Sequence record: MZ681930.1
Origin: Enterobacteria phage phiC600P9
Reading direction: 5' to 3' (one strand)
Length of the DNA stretch: 64,000 bases
Positions 11,661-22,640 of this stretch are shown in pieces (position 1 is the stretch's first letter; every line of letters starts with the position of its first letter). The notes beneath the pieces are model-generated. The model was not told the origin of the DNA. It saw only the letters and a program-made list of their open reading frames with translations, and made no database searches. The position numbers and the translations under genes were made by a program.

Positions 11661-12278
11661 ATGTACCACTTTGTATATGAAACGACAAATCTAATAAATG
11701 GTAAAAAGTATATAGGAAAACACTCTACTGATGACTTGAATGATGGCTACCTTGGTTCCGGTAAGGCAATTCAGCAGGCTATAAAGAAATATGGTGAAAA
11801 GAATTTCTCTAGAACAATACTAAAAGAGTTTAAAACTTCCGAAGAAGCGTACATGTATGAAGAAGAAATTATAACTCCTGAACTAATAAAAAGCAAAAAT
11901 TATTATAATATGAAACCTGGTGGAATTGGTGGAATTGTTATGACTGCAGAGGTTATAGCAAAGATGAAAGAATCTTCCGCTAAGAGATTTGAAAACTCAC
12001 CGGGCACGGTATTAGGTACAACTTGTTACACTAATGGAACTAAAAATATTTTTATTAAACCTGGAGAACTTGTTCCAGAAGGATTTGTAAAAGGGATGGT
12101 TCATCTTAATAGAAAGTCCAGAAAAGGATGTAAAGTCAAACCGACTACCACAGGAACTTTTTGGGTCAATAATGGAGCAATAAATAAATTAATACAACCG
12201 GACGGTATTATTCCCGACGGATTTATTAAAGGTCGTCTCATGAAAAGAGACTCTAAAGGCAAATTTAGTAAGGCATAA
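11661..12278 (+). CDS. segE: GIY-YIG homing endonuclease, SegE-like
   Basis: 205-aa ORF with N-terminal GIY-YIG-type motifs (YHFVYETTNLINGKKYIGKHST) between inh and uvsW, the position of T4 segE; a TATAAATA lies at 11625-11632. Confidence 0.7.
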   Translation: MYHFVYETTNLINGKKYIGKHSTDDLNDGYLGSGKAIQQAIKKYGEKNFSRTILKEFKTSEEAYMYEEEIITPELIKSKNYYNMKPGGIGGIVMTAEVIAKMKESSAKRFENSPGTVLGTTCYTNGTKNIFIKPGELVPEGFVKGMVHLNRKSRKGCKVKPTTTGTFWVNNGAINKLIQPDGIIPDGFIKGRLMKRDSKGKFSKA

Positions 12279-12280
12279 TT

Positions 12281-13789
12281 ATGGATATTAAAGTACATTT
12301 TCACGACTTCAGTCATGTACGCATCGATTGTGAAGAGAGCACGTTCCACGAATTAAGAGATTTCTTTTCGTTTGAGGCCGATGGATATAGGTTTAATCCT
12401 CGCTTCAGATATGGCAACTGGGATGGACGAATCCGTCTTTTAGATTATAATCGTCTTCTTCCATTCGGCTTAGTCGGGCAAATTAAAAAGTTCTGTGATA
12501 ATTTTGGCTATAAAGCCTGGATTGACCCGCAGATTAACGAAAAAGAAGAATTATCAAGAAAAGATTTTGATGAATGGCTTTCTAAATTAGAAATCTATTC
12601 AGGAAATAAAAGAATTGAACCGCATTGGTATCAAAAAGATGCAGTGTTCGAAGGATTAGTTAATCGTCGTAGAATTCTTAATCTTCCAACATCCGCTGGT
12701 AAATCGTTAATCCAAGCTTTGCTTGCGCGATATTATTTGGAAAATTATGAAGGTAAAATTCTTATCATTGTTCCAACAACTGCTCTGACAACTCAGATGG
12801 CTGATGACTTTGTTGACTATCGTTTATTCAGTCATGCAATGATAAAGAAAATTGGTGGCGGAGCATCAAAAGATGATAAATATAAAAATGATGCACCAGT
12901 CGTCGTTGGTACATGGCAAACTGTAGTTAAACAACCGAAAGAATGGTTCTCACAGTTTGGAATGATGATGAATGATGAATGCCATCTTGCTACAGGAAAA
13001 AGTATTTCATCCATCATATCAGGTTTAAATAACTGCATGTTCAAATTCGGTTTGTCTGGTTCATTACGTGATGGCAAAGCCAATATCATGCAGTATGTTG
13101 GAATGTTTGGTGAAATATTTAAGCCAGTAACGACTTCTAAATTAATGGAAGATGGACAAGTAACTGAGCTAAAAATTAATAGTATTTTTCTTCGCTATCC
13201 CGATGAGTTCACTACTAAATTAAAGGGAAAAACTTATCAAGAAGAAATAAAAATTATTACTGGGCTTAGTAAAAGAAATAAATGGATCGCTAAATTAGCT
13301 ATTAAGCTTGCGCAAAAAGATGAAAACGCTTTTGTCATGTTTAAACATGTATCGCATGGTAAAGCTATTTTCGATTTAATTAAAAATGAATACGATAAAG
13401 TTTATTACGTATCAGGGGAAGTTGATACCGAAACCCGCAACGTAATGAAAACCTTAGCTGAAAATGGTAAAGGAATAATTATAGTAGCGAGTTATGGTGT
13501 ATTTTCTACTGGTATTTCAGTTAAAAATCTGCATCATGTTGTTTTAGCGCACGGCGTTAAATCAAAAATCATTGTATTACAAACAATCGGTCGTGTATTA
13601 CGTAAGCATGGTTCTAAAACAGTCGCAACAGTCTGGGACCTCATAGATGATTGTGGTGTTAAGCCAAAATCTGCTAATACGAAAAAGAAATATGTTCATT
13701 TGAACTATCTTTTAAAACACGGCATTGATCGTATTCAGCGCTACGCAGATGAAAAATTTAATTACGTAATGAAAACAGTTAATTTATAA
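12281..13789 (+). CDS. uvsW: UvsW RNA-DNA and DNA-DNA helicase
   Basis: 502-aa ORF with helicase motifs (LPTSAGKS Walker A, DECH box), same length as T4 UvsW. Confidence 0.92.
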   Translation: MDIKVHFHDFSHVRIDCEESTFHELRDFFSFEADGYRFNPRFRYGNWDGRIRLLDYNRLLPFGLVGQIKKFCDNFGYKAWIDPQINEKEELSRKDFDEWLSKLEIYSGNKRIEPHWYQKDAVFEGLVNRRRILNLPTSAGKSLIQALLARYYLENYEGKILIIVPTTALTTQMADDFVDYRLFSHAMIKKIGGGASKDDKYKNDAPVVVGTWQTVVKQPKEWFSQFGMMMNDECHLATGKSISSIISGLNNCMFKFGLSGSLRDGKANIMQYVGMFGEIFKPVTTSKLMEDGQVTELKINSIFLRYPDEFTTKLKGKTYQEEIKIITGLSKRNKWIAKLAIKLAQKDENAFVMFKHVSHGKAIFDLIKNEYDKVYYVSGEVDTETRNVMKTLAENGKGIIIVASYGVFSTGISVKNLHHVVLAHGVKSKIIVLQTIGRVLRKHGSKTVATVWDLIDDCGVKPKSANTKKKYVHLNYLLKHGIDRIQRYADEKFNYVMKTVNL

Positions 13790-13814
13790 GGGCTTCGGCC
13801 CTTTGGAGAAAAAG

Positions 13815-14045
13815 ATGTTACTAAAATTTAAACAATTTCTTTATGAAGCTTCTATTGATGAATTTATGGGTAAAATTGCCTCTTGTCAAACATTAGAAGG
13901 TTTAGAAGAACTTGAAGCTTATTACAAGAAAAGAGTCAAAGAAACTGAATTAAAAGATACTGATGACATCTCTGTAAGAGATGCTTTGGCAGGAAAAAGA
14001 GCTGAATTAGAAGATTCAGACGATGAAGTAGAAGAAAGCTTTTAA
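13815..14045 (+). CDS. uvsW.1: UvsW.1 small protein
   Basis: ATG at 13815 preceded by GGAG gives 76 aa (the T4 UvsW.1 length); the ORF-track start at 13803 is a TTG. Confidence 0.7.
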   Translation: MLLKFKQFLYEASIDEFMGKIASCQTLEGLEELEAYYKKRVKETELKDTDDISVRDALAGKRAELEDSDDEVEESF

Positions 14046-14100
14046 ATTAAAAAAGGCCCAACCAAAAAGGAAGGGCCAAAACTATAGACTAAAGGTCACA

Positions 14101-14268
14101 CTATAGCAAAAGTTGTGTTTCATTTAATTGTTCTTCCGAACTTTCTGAAACTGGTAGTTCTTTAATGTAATTATAGCAAGGCCCAGGATGTACAGGACCT
14201 TTGTCTGTTTCAACAACCAATGCAGAATCGATTGGAGTTTTACAGACAACACAAATCTTATCTGACAT
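14101..14268 (-). CDS. Small Cys-containing hypothetical protein (T4 uvsY.-2-like), 55 aa
   Basis: My own translation of the minus strand: MSDKICVVCKTPIDSALVVETDKGPVHPGPCYNYIKELPVSESSEEQLNETQLLL; below the 60-aa ORF-track cut-off. Confidence 0.45.
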   Translation of the reverse strand: MSDKICVVCKTPIDSALVVETDKGPVHPGPCYNYIKELPVSESSEEQLNETQLLL

Positions 14269-14296
14269 GATTGTCTCCTCTGAATTATATATCTAT

Positions 14297-14521
14297 TTAT
14301 ACAACTCTCATATGCATATCAATGCCCATATCTTTAGAATAAAAATATTCATCAAGATATCCGGCAAATTTTCCTTTAATATAAAGGACATCTTCACCAC
14401 ACGGGTGATCGGCCAGGATACGAATATCCTGACGCTTAAGATTATGCTTTTTCATTAAGAATTGAATTTCCGTTTCAAATTCTTCTTCATAATTAAAAGC
14501 ATCATCAATGCTATATCTCAT
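14297..14521 (-). CDS. Hypothetical protein (T4 uvsY.-1-like)
   Basis: 74-aa ORF directly downstream of uvsY on the same strand. Confidence 0.6.
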   Translation of the reverse strand: MRYSIDDAFNYEEEFETEIQFLMKKHNLKRQDIRILADHPCGEDVLYIKGKFAGYLDEYFYSKDMGIDMHMRVV

Positions 14522-14934
14522 TATTTTCCAGCCTCAAATGCCCGCATGTCTTGAATATGCTTAATAGCAAATCCACGTGATTTGATAGCATCAAGAGCTC
14601 CGCTACAGAAATCCAATAAAATCCCCCAATACTGCAGCGAGGTATCAACCTTTAAAACATCCTTATCAGCTGATAGAACTGTCTTCATTTCTGATTTCTC
14701 GTAACGATCCATACTAAATTCATCACCATCTCCTCGTCCCGAGTAGTAGTCTAATCTAGCTTTAAGAGCAACTTTTTTCTGTGCGTCAATTCTAAGCATT
14801 TCCTTTTTAATACTTGAATGCTTATTAAGCCATTTACTATATAACATCACATTATTAGCTGCTTCATACTGTAATTTAGTCGAATCTATAAACACATCTT
14901 TCTTCAATTCTTCTTGAAGATCTTCTAATCTCAT
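14521..14934 (-). CDS. uvsY: UvsY recombination mediator protein
   Basis: 137-aa ORF, same length as T4 UvsY. Confidence 0.92.
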   Translation of the reverse strand: MRLEDLQEELKKDVFIDSTKLQYEAANNVMLYSKWLNKHSSIKKEMLRIDAQKKVALKARLDYYSGRGDGDEFSMDRYEKSEMKTVLSADKDVLKVDTSLQYWGILLDFCSGALDAIKSRGFAIKHIQDMRAFEAGK

Positions 14935-14969
14935 ATTGTTCTCTATTCAATTGTTATTGGATGGACTTA

Positions 14970-15002
14970 GATTCATTATACCACGTTTTAACGTGAAGCA
15001 TT
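14970..15002 (-). promoter_or_regulatory. MotA-dependent middle promoter for uvsY
   Basis: Minus strand reads aTGCTTcA, then 13 nt, then TATAAT, matching the T4 middle promoter architecture (MotA box at -30 plus sigma70 -10). Confidence 0.6.
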
Positions 15003-15399
15003 ATACTCTATTACTGGAAGCCAGTTGCAGTTTTATCTGCTCAATATCATCGGGGTTATCGATGACCGAAAAGCGTATTTCTACTATCAGAGTATAATCA
15101 TCATAAACTGGTATTACATTAACTGATAATTTATCAATACGTGGCTCATAGTTTCTTACTGCGCTTTCGATATTGCGCTCAACTGTGTCAGCAGTAAGAG
15201 GAGTCATATTTTCAAAAAGCTGGTCGGACAAATCACATCCAAATTCAGGGTCAAACGGTCTTGAACCTTTTCTTGTTGTAATAATTCCCAAAAGACTGTT
15301 TTTAATTGACCTTAATCCAAGTGATCTGGAAACATCTTTGTTCCAATCCATTTTCATTTCCGGGTCAATATCAGAATAAAGCTTATTAATATTTGCCAT
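15001..15399 (-). CDS. 25: Baseplate wedge protein gp25
   Basis: 132-aa ORF, same length as T4 gp25. Confidence 0.9.
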   Translation of the reverse strand: MANINKLYSDIDPEMKMDWNKDVSRSLGLRSIKNSLLGIITTRKGSRPFDPEFGCDLSDQLFENMTPLTADTVERNIESAVRNYEPRIDKLSVNVIPVYDDYTLIVEIRFSVIDNPDDIEQIKLQLASSNRV

Positions 15400-16025
15400 T
15401 ATAGTAACTCAAAGAACTCTTTGAGGCCTCTTATTACGTGAGCATGGGTTTTTCCACACTCTGGACACTTAATTGGAACAGCCAAATAAACGGTAGGTTT
15501 TAAAAGCATATCTTTTATAGCTACAATATCTGACTCTGTGATGATAGAATATAAATCTTCTAGTTCCTTTTCATTTAAGTCTTCAACTGGAATGCTTTCC
15601 CCGTTAGCATGAATCGTTTCTATGCATGATACTATCATGTGGGCTATATTTTTATCATCAAAAATTTTAGGGTATCGGAATTTAATTTTAATGTCACCCA
15701 GTGTATACCAGAGGTCTTCTGGTGCATCTATTTGTGTATGTAATAGATTTATATGGGTTGGTATTTCAGTTCCACAGGTGCACTTCCAGGAGTTTTCGTG
15801 ATTAACTTCGCCGAGAGAATGTGCCCATAAATGAATCAATAATAGTTCTGATTCTTGGCGGTTTAAATCTTTTGCATTTGTGCAGTCTTTGATTAGCTTT
15901 TTAACAATTACTTCTACAGAACCATTATTTTTGGCAGTAATAAGTTCTAGATATTCTTTAAGCGTGAATGCGCGACAATTGATTATTTTAGAACCAACTC
16001 TCACATCAAATTTGTATTCATACAT
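15399..16025 (-). CDS. 26: Baseplate hub protein gp26
   Basis: 208-aa ORF, same length and position as T4 gp26. Confidence 0.88.
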   Translation of the reverse strand: MYEYKFDVRVGSKIINCRAFTLKEYLELITAKNNGSVEVIVKKLIKDCTNAKDLNRQESELLLIHLWAHSLGEVNHENSWKCTCGTEIPTHINLLHTQIDAPEDLWYTLGDIKIKFRYPKIFDDKNIAHMIVSCIETIHANGESIPVEDLNEKELEDLYSIITESDIVAIKDMLLKPTVYLAVPIKCPECGKTHAHVIRGLKEFFELL

Positions 16026-16046
16026 ATTTAGCTCCTTTATTTATCA

Positions 16047-16058
16047 TATTTATAAATA
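16047..16058. promoter_or_regulatory. Overlapping divergent late promoters (TATAAATA on both strands) for gene 26 and gene 51
   Basis: tatttataaata contains TATAAATA on the plus strand (16051-16058) and on the minus strand (16047-16054), between divergent late genes. Confidence 0.6.
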
Positions 16059-16075
16059 GAATAAAAGGAGCATCT

Positions 16076-16825
16076 ATGGCAAACATTATTCGTTGTAAAT
16101 TACCAGATAGTGTTCATCGTTTTAAACCATTTACGGTAGAAGATTATCGAGATTTTTTGTTAGTTCGAAACGATATAGAACATCGGTCACCACAAGAACA
16201 AAAAGAAATAATTACTGATTTAATTGATGATTATTTTGGAGACTATCCGAAGACTTGGCAACCATTTATATTTTTGCAGGTATTTGTAGGGTCGATAGGT
16301 AAAACAAAAGTACCAGTCACATTCGTATGTCCAAAATGTAAAAAAGAAAAGACAGTTCCATTTGAAATATATCAAAAAGAATTAAAGGAACCTGTTTTTG
16401 ATGTAGCTAATGTTAAAATTAAATTAAAGTTTCCTTCTGAGTTTTATGAAAATAAAGCAAAGATGATTACTGAAAATATTCATTCTGTTCAAGTAGATGA
16501 AACATGGTATGATTGGAAGGAAATTAGCGAGTCCAGTCAAATAGAACTCGTTGACGCCATCGAGATAGAAACATTAGAAAAAATTCTCGATGCAATGAAT
16601 CCTATTAATTTAACTCTACATATGTCATGCTGTAATAAGTACATTAAAAAATACACTGATATAGTAGATGTGTTTAAGCTATTAGTTAACCCAGATGAGA
16701 TATTTACTTTTTATCAAATTAATCACACACTCGTAAAAAGTAATTATAGCTTAAATTCAATAATGAAAATGATTCCTGCTGAGCGCGGATTCGTATTAAA
16801 ACTGATTGAGAAGGATAAACAATAA
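16076..16825 (+). CDS. 51: Baseplate hub assembly catalyst gp51
   Basis: 249-aa ORF, same length and position as T4 gp51; AAGGAG SD. Confidence 0.88.
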   Translation: MANIIRCKLPDSVHRFKPFTVEDYRDFLLVRNDIEHRSPQEQKEIITDLIDDYFGDYPKTWQPFIFLQVFVGSIGKTKVPVTFVCPKCKKEKTVPFEIYQKELKEPVFDVANVKIKLKFPSEFYENKAKMITENIHSVQVDETWYDWKEISESSQIELVDAIEIETLEKILDAMNPINLTLHMSCCNKYIKKYTDIVDVFKLLVNPDEIFTFYQINHTLVKSNYSLNSIMKMIPAERGFVLKLIEKDKQ

Positions 16826-18000
16826 TGAGTATGTTGCAACGCCCCGGATATCCAAATCTCAGCGTTAAATTATTTGATAGCTACGACGCTTGGAGTAATA
16901 ATAGATTTGTTGAATTAGCTGCTACTATTACCACATTAACTATGCGGGATTCTCTTTATGGCCGAAATGAAGGAATGCTGCAGTTTTATGATTCTAAAAA
17001 CATCCATACAAAAATGGATGGAAATGAAATAATTCAGATTTCTGTAGCTAATGCAAATGATATTAATAATGTTAAAACACGAATTTATGGATGTAAGCAT
17101 TTTTCCGTGTCAGTAGATTCAAAAGGTGATAACATCATTGCTATTGAATTGGGAACTATTCATTCTATAGAAAATCTTAAATTCGGTAGACCATTTTTCC
17201 CTGATGCAGGTGAATCTATAAAAGAAATGCTTGGTGTCATTTATCAGGATCGCACATTATTAACTCCAGCAATAAATGCTATAAATGCTTATGTTCCTGA
17301 TATTCCATGGACTAGCACATTTGAAAACTATTTGTCATATGTAAGAGAAGTTGGTCTAGCTGTAGGAAGCGACAAATTTGTATTTGTATGGCAAGACATC
17401 ATGGGAGTTAACATGATGGACTATGATATGATGATAAATCAAGAACCATATCCAATGATTGTCGGTGAGCCATCTTTAATAGGTCAATTCATCCAAGAAT
17501 TAAAATATCCATTAGCATATGATTTCGTTTGGTTGACTAAATCGAATCCTCACAAACGTGACCCAATGAAAAATGCTACTATCTATGCGCATTCATTTTT
17601 AGATTCTTCATTGCCAATGATTACTACAGGAAAGGGCGAAAACTCTATTGTAGTGTCAAGGTCAGGTGCTTATTCTGAAATGACTTATAGGAATGGATAT
17701 GAAGAAGCTATTCGTCTTCAAACTATGGCACAATATGACGGTTATGCTAAATGTTCTACTGTTGGTAATTTTAACTTGACTCCTGGTGTTAAAATTATTT
17801 TTAATGATAGTAAAAACCAATTTAAAACAGAATTTTACGTTGATGAAGTTATCCATGAATTATCCAATAATAATTCAGTAACTCATCTATATATGTTCAC
17901 TAATGCAACGAAACTGGAAACAATAGACCCAGTTAAGGTTAAAAATGAATTTAAATCTGATACTACCACTGAAGAAAGTAGTTCTTCCAATAAGCAATAA
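16825..18000 (+). CDS. 27: Baseplate hub protein gp27
   Basis: 391-aa ORF, same length as T4 gp27. Confidence 0.9.
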   Translation: MSMLQRPGYPNLSVKLFDSYDAWSNNRFVELAATITTLTMRDSLYGRNEGMLQFYDSKNIHTKMDGNEIIQISVANANDINNVKTRIYGCKHFSVSVDSKGDNIIAIELGTIHSIENLKFGRPFFPDAGESIKEMLGVIYQDRTLLTPAINAINAYVPDIPWTSTFENYLSYVREVGLAVGSDKFVFVWQDIMGVNMMDYDMMINQEPYPMIVGEPSLIGQFIQELKYPLAYDFVWLTKSNPHKRDPMKNATIYAHSFLDSSLPMITTGKGENSIVVSRSGAYSEMTYRNGYEEAIRLQTMAQYDGYAKCSTVGNFNLTPGVKIIFNDSKNQFKTEFYVDEVIHELSNNNSVTHLYMFTNATKLETIDPVKVKNEFKSDTTTEESSSSNKQ

Positions 18001-18478
18001 AGAAGTTTCTATTCCTAAAATGGGTCTTAAACATTATAACATTTTAAAGGATGTTAAAGGTCCTGATGAAAATTTAAAACTTCTTATTGATTCTATTTGT
18101 CCGAATTTATCACCGGCAGAAGTTGATTTCGTTTCTATTCATTTATTGGAATTTAATGGAAAGATTAAATCTCGTAAAGAAATAGATGGTTATACTTATG
18201 ACATTAATGATGTCTATGTATGCCAAAGATTAGAATTTCAATACCAAGGAAATACATTTTATTTTAGACCTCCTGGAAAATTTGAACAATTTTTAACGGT
18301 GAGCGATATGTTATCCAAATGCTTGCTTAAGGTCAATGATGAAGTTAAAGAAATTAATTTTCTTGAGATGCCAGCATTCGTTTTAAAATGGGCAAATGAT
18401 ATTTTTACAACTTTAGCAATTCCTGGCCCTAATGGTCCAATAACCGGAATTGGCAATATTATTGGATTATTTGAATGA
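17945..18478 (+). CDS. 28: Baseplate hub distal subunit gp28
   Basis: 177-aa ORF overlapping the 3' end of gene 27, same length as T4 gp28. Confidence 0.85.
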   Translation: MNLNLILPLKKVVLPISNKEVSIPKMGLKHYNILKDVKGPDENLKLLIDSICPNLSPAEVDFVSIHLLEFNGKIKSRKEIDGYTYDINDVYVCQRLEFQYQGNTFYFRPPGKFEQFLTVSDMLSKCLLKVNDEVKEINFLEMPAFVLKWANDIFTTLAIPGPNGPITGIGNIIGLFE

Positions 18479-20247
18479 AAAAGCCACAAGAAATGCAAAC
18501 GATGCGTAGAAAAGTTATTTCAGATAATAAACCAACACAGGAAGCGGCTAAATCCGCTTCTAATACTTTATCTGGACTTAATGATATATCTACGAAATTG
18601 GATGATGCTCAAGCTGCCTCTGAATTAATAGCTCAAACTGTCGAAGAAAAATCGAATGAAATAATTGGAGCAATTGATAACGTAGAAAGCGCAGTGAGTG
18701 ATACTACTGCCGGTTCTGAGTTAATTGCTGAAACTGTCGAAATTGGCAATAATATCAATAAAGAAATAGGCGAATCACTCGGAAGCAAATTAGATAAATT
18801 AACGAGTTTATTAGAACAAAAAATTCAGACAGCTGGAATTCAACAGACTGGGACTAGTTTAGCCACAGTTGAAAGCGCTATTCCTGTTAAAGTCGTTGAG
18901 GATGATACTGCTGAATCTGTGGGTCCTTTATTACCGGCTCCCGAAGCAGTTAATAATGATCCTGACGCTGATTTTTTCCCTACCCCTCAACCAGTTGAAC
19001 CCAAACAAGAATCGCCAGAAGAAAAACAGAAAAAAGAAGCATTTAACTTAAAATTATCTCAAGCTTTAGATAAATTAACAAAGACTGTTGATTTTGGATT
19101 TAAGAAATCCATTTCAATTACTGATAAAATATCAAGCATGTTATTTAAGTATACCGTCAGTGCTGCTATTGAAGCTGCTAAAATGACTGCAATGATATTG
19201 GCTGTTGTTGTTGGAATAGACCTGTTGATGGTTCACTTTAAATATTGGTCAGATAAATTTTCAAAAGCCTGGGATTTATATGATACTAACTTTAATAAAT
19301 TCTCTACCGAAACCGGAACATGGGGTCCTTTATTACAGAGCATCTTTAGTTCTATTGATAAAATTAGACAACTTTGGGAAGAGGGAGATTGGGGTGGATT
19401 GACAACAGCTATCATAGAAGGACTCGGAAGTGTTCTTTTTAATTTAGGTGAACTTATTCAATTAGGTATGGCTAAATTATCTGCTGCAATTCTTCGAGTC
19501 ATTCCTGGCATGAAGGATACTGCTGATGAAGTAGAAGGAAGAGCACTAGAAAATTTCCAAAATTCTACTGGAGCATCTCTCAATAAAGAAGACCAGGAAA
19601 AAGTTGCAAATTATCAAGATAAACGAATGAACGGAGACCTTGGTCCGATAGCAAAAGGATTAGATAAAATTGCTAATTGGAAAACTCGTGCATCTAATTG
19701 GATTCGCGGTGTTGATAATAAAGAAGCACTAACTACCGACGAAGAACGTGCAGCAGAAGAAGAAAAATTAAAGCAGCTTTCACCTGAAGAAAGAAAAAAT
19801 GCTTTAATGAAGGCTAATGAAGCACGTGCCGCGATGATTCGTTTTGAAAAATATGCTGATTCAGCTGATATGAGTAAAGACTCAACGGTTAAATCTGTTG
19901 AATCTGCCTATGAAGACCTTAAAAAACGGATGGATGACCCGGATTTAAACAATTCACCGGCAGTTAAAAAGGAACTTGCTGCTAGATTTTCTAAAATTGA
20001 TGCTACTTATCAAGAGCTCAAGAAAAATCAGCCTAATGCCAAACCTGAAACTTCTGCTAAATCGCCAGAAGCGAAACAGGTCCAGGTTATTGAAAAGAAC
20101 AAAGCACAGCAAGCTCCTGTTCAGCAAGCATCTCCTTCAATCAATAATACTAATAATGTTATTAAGAAAAATACTGTCGTTCATAATATGACACCTGTCA
20201 CAAGCACAACTGCTCCTGGTGTATTTGATGCGACTGGAGTTAATTAA
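18475..20247 (+). CDS. 29: Baseplate hub and tail length determinator (tape measure) gp29
   Basis: 590-aa ORF, same length and position as T4 gp29. Confidence 0.9.
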   Translation: MKKPQEMQTMRRKVISDNKPTQEAAKSASNTLSGLNDISTKLDDAQAASELIAQTVEEKSNEIIGAIDNVESAVSDTTAGSELIAETVEIGNNINKEIGESLGSKLDKLTSLLEQKIQTAGIQQTGTSLATVESAIPVKVVEDDTAESVGPLLPAPEAVNNDPDADFFPTPQPVEPKQESPEEKQKKEAFNLKLSQALDKLTKTVDFGFKKSISITDKISSMLFKYTVSAAIEAAKMTAMILAVVVGIDLLMVHFKYWSDKFSKAWDLYDTNFNKFSTETGTWGPLLQSIFSSIDKIRQLWEEGDWGGLTTAIIEGLGSVLFNLGELIQLGMAKLSAAILRVIPGMKDTADEVEGRALENFQNSTGASLNKEDQEKVANYQDKRMNGDLGPIAKGLDKIANWKTRASNWIRGVDNKEALTTDEERAAEEEKLKQLSPEERKNALMKANEARAAMIRFEKYADSADMSKDSTVKSVESAYEDLKKRMDDPDLNNSPAVKKELAARFSKIDATYQELKKNQPNAKPETSAKSPEAKQVQVIEKNKAQQAPVQQASPSINNTNNVIKKNTVVHNMTPVTSTTAPGVFDATGVN

Positions 20248-20255
20248 GGAATAAT

Positions 20256-21350
20256 ATGGCAATTGTTAAAGAAATAACTACTGATTTAATTAAAAAGTCC
20301 GGTGAGAAAATTTCAGCCGGACAGAGCACTAAATCAGAAGTAGTAACTAAAACATACACTGCCCAGTTTCCAACTGGGCGTGCTAGTGGTAATGACACTA
20401 CAGGGGACTTCCAGGTAACAGATCTATATAAGAATGGATTATTATTTACTGCATACAATATGTCATCTAGGGATTCTGGAAGTCTTAGATCGATGAGATC
20501 TAACTACTCTTCTTCATCTTCGAGTATTTTAAGTACAGCTAGAAACACTATTAGTAGTACAGTATCAAAACTATCAAATGGATTAATATCAAATAATAAT
20601 TCAGGAACAATAAGTAAAGCTCCTGTCGCAAACATTCTTTTACCGAGATCTAAATCTGATGTTGATACATCAACACATAGATTTAATGATGTTCAAGAAA
20701 GCCTTATCAGTAGAGGCGGAGGTACTGCTACTGGTGTGCTAAGTAATATTGCTTCAACCGCAGTATTTGGGGCACTGGAAAGTATAACACAAGGTATAAT
20801 GGCTGATAATAATGAACAGATTTATACGACAGCCAGAAGTATGTATGGTGGTGCTGAAAATAGAACTAAAGTGTTTACATGGGATTTGACTCCACGTTCA
20901 ACAGAAGATTTAATGGCTATTATTAATATCTATCAATATTTTAACTATCTTTCTTATGGTGAAACAGGTAAATCTCAATACGCTGCTGAAATAAAGGGGT
21001 ATTTAGATGATTGGTATCGTTCTACGTTAATTGAACCTTTATCTCCGGAAGACGCAGCTAAAAATAAAACACTATTTGAGAAAATGACAGCAAGTTTAAC
21101 GAACGTTCTTGTAGTTTCAAACCCGACAGTTTGGATGGTGAAAAACTTTGGTGCAACATCTAAGTTTGATGGAAAAACGGAAATATTTGGTCCATGCCAA
21201 ATACAGAGCATTAGATTTGATAAAACACCTAATGGTAACTTTAACGGATTAGCTATTGCTCCAAACCTCCCTAGTACATTTACTCTCGAGATTACTATGA
21301 GAGAAATTATCACGTTAAACCGTGCTTCTTTATATGCGGGGACTTTTTAA
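20256..21350 (+). CDS. 48: Baseplate tail tube cap gp48
   Basis: 364-aa ORF, same length and position as T4 gp48. Confidence 0.88.
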   Translation: MAIVKEITTDLIKKSGEKISAGQSTKSEVVTKTYTAQFPTGRASGNDTTGDFQVTDLYKNGLLFTAYNMSSRDSGSLRSMRSNYSSSSSSILSTARNTISSTVSKLSNGLISNNNSGTISKAPVANILLPRSKSDVDTSTHRFNDVQESLISRGGGTATGVLSNIASTAVFGALESITQGIMADNNEQIYTTARSMYGGAENRTKVFTWDLTPRSTEDLMAIINIYQYFNYLSYGETGKSQYAAEIKGYLDDWYRSTLIEPLSPEDAAKNKTLFEKMTASLTNVLVVSNPTVWMVKNFGATSKFDGKTEIFGPCQIQSIRFDKTPNGNFNGLAIAPNLPSTFTLEITMREIITLNRASLYAGTF

Positions 21351-22315
21351 TGTATTCTTTAGAGGAATTTAATAATCAAGCAATAAACGCAGATTTCCAA
21401 CGTAATAATATGTTTAGCTGCGTTTTTGCAACAACTCCATCAACTAAAAGCTCTTCGTTGATAAGTTCAATTAGCAACTTTTCTTATAATAACTTGGGCC
21501 TAAATTCAAATTGGTTAGGATTAACTCAAGGTGATATTAATCAGGGAATTACCACGCTAATTACAGCTGGCACACAAAAACTGATAAGAAAATCAGGGGT
21601 TAGTAAATATCTTATTGGTGCCATGAGTCAACGTACAGTTCAAAGTTTATTAGGCTCATTTACAGTTGGTACATATTTAATTGACTTCTTTAACATGGCA
21701 TATAACTCATCTGGATTGATGATATATTCTGTAAAAATGCCAGAGAATAGATTATCCTATGAAACTGACTGGAACTATAATTCTCCTAATATTCGTATAA
21801 CTGGAAGAGAATTAGACCCTTTGGTTATTTCATTTAGAATGGATTCAGAAGCTTGTAACTATCGTGCAATGCAAGACTGGGTTAACTCTGTTCAAGACCC
21901 AGTAACTGGACTGCGTGCTTTGCCGCAAGATGTCGAGGCAGATATTCAGGTTAATCTTCATTCTCGCAATGGATTGCCTCATACTGCGGTGATGTTCACC
22001 GGATGCATTCCAATATCAGTGAGCGCTCCTGAGCTATCATATGATGGAGATAACCAAATAACTACATTTGATGTTACTTTTGCGTATAGAGTCATGCAGG
22101 CTGGAGCAGTTGATAGACAAGCTGCGCTTGAGTGGCTTGAATCTGCTGCTATAAATGGCATTCAAAGCGTTCTCGGAAATAGTGGAGGTGTTACTGGACT
22201 ATCTAATTCGCTTTCACGACTTAGTAGATTAGGAGGAACTGCTGGAAGCATTTCAAACATTAATACTATGACAGGAATTGTCAATTCGCAAAGTAAAATA
22301 TTAGGAGCAATATAA
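21350..22315 (+). CDS. 54: Baseplate tail tube initiator gp54
   Basis: 321-aa ORF at the position of T4 gp54. Confidence 0.88.
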   Translation: MYSLEEFNNQAINADFQRNNMFSCVFATTPSTKSSSLISSISNFSYNNLGLNSNWLGLTQGDINQGITTLITAGTQKLIRKSGVSKYLIGAMSQRTVQSLLGSFTVGTYLIDFFNMAYNSSGLMIYSVKMPENRLSYETDWNYNSPNIRITGRELDPLVISFRMDSEACNYRAMQDWVNSVQDPVTGLRALPQDVEADIQVNLHSRNGLPHTAVMFTGCIPISVSAPELSYDGDNQITTFDVTFAYRVMQAGAVDRQAALEWLESAAINGIQSVLGNSGGVTGLSNSLSRLSRLGGTAGSISNINTMTGIVNSQSKILGAI

Positions 22316-22317
22316 CA

Positions 22318-22350
22318 ATGGGGACCTTTCGGTCCCCATATTTTTATTTG
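22318..22350. terminator. Bidirectional terminator after gene 54
   Basis: Hairpin ggggacc-tttc-ggtcccc followed by atatttttattt. Confidence 0.7.
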
Positions 22351-22634
22351 CGGAATGAAATGAAAGCAGAAACTGAAGCAACTAAACTGTCTTCAATATA
22401 AACTTCAATTTTTACCGGAGCTTCTGACTCAAATTTACCTGTTACTACACCCTGAAAAATACTTTCAGTCTGTTCTGGCTTTGAAAAATTTTCAGAAGGA
22501 AAAATTCCGAACTTTTTATCTGTTCCAAAAATTTTAATAAATTCATCGTAAACCGCTTCGTTAAAAGCATTATCAGCAGGAATAACGCCTTCAACTACAA
22601 GTTCTTGACCTAAAAAGCGTAAAGAAGATTTCAT
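22344..22634 (-). CDS. Hypothetical early protein (T4 alt.-3 position)
   Basis: 96-aa ORF immediately downstream of a sigma70-type early promoter and a GAGGA SD. Confidence 0.6.
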   Translation of the reverse strand: MKSSLRFLGQELVVEGVIPADNAFNEAVYDEFIKIFGTDKKFGIFPSENFSKPEQTESIFQGVVTGKFESEAPVKIEVYIEDSLVASVSAFISFRK

Positions 22635-22640
22635 TTTGTG

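Noticed and set aside
14201-14458. 85-aa plus-strand ORF overlapping the uvsY.-1 and uvsY.-2 region
   Set aside because: The minus-strand ORFs fit the conserved gene order and translational coupling; the plus-strand ORF lacks a start context.
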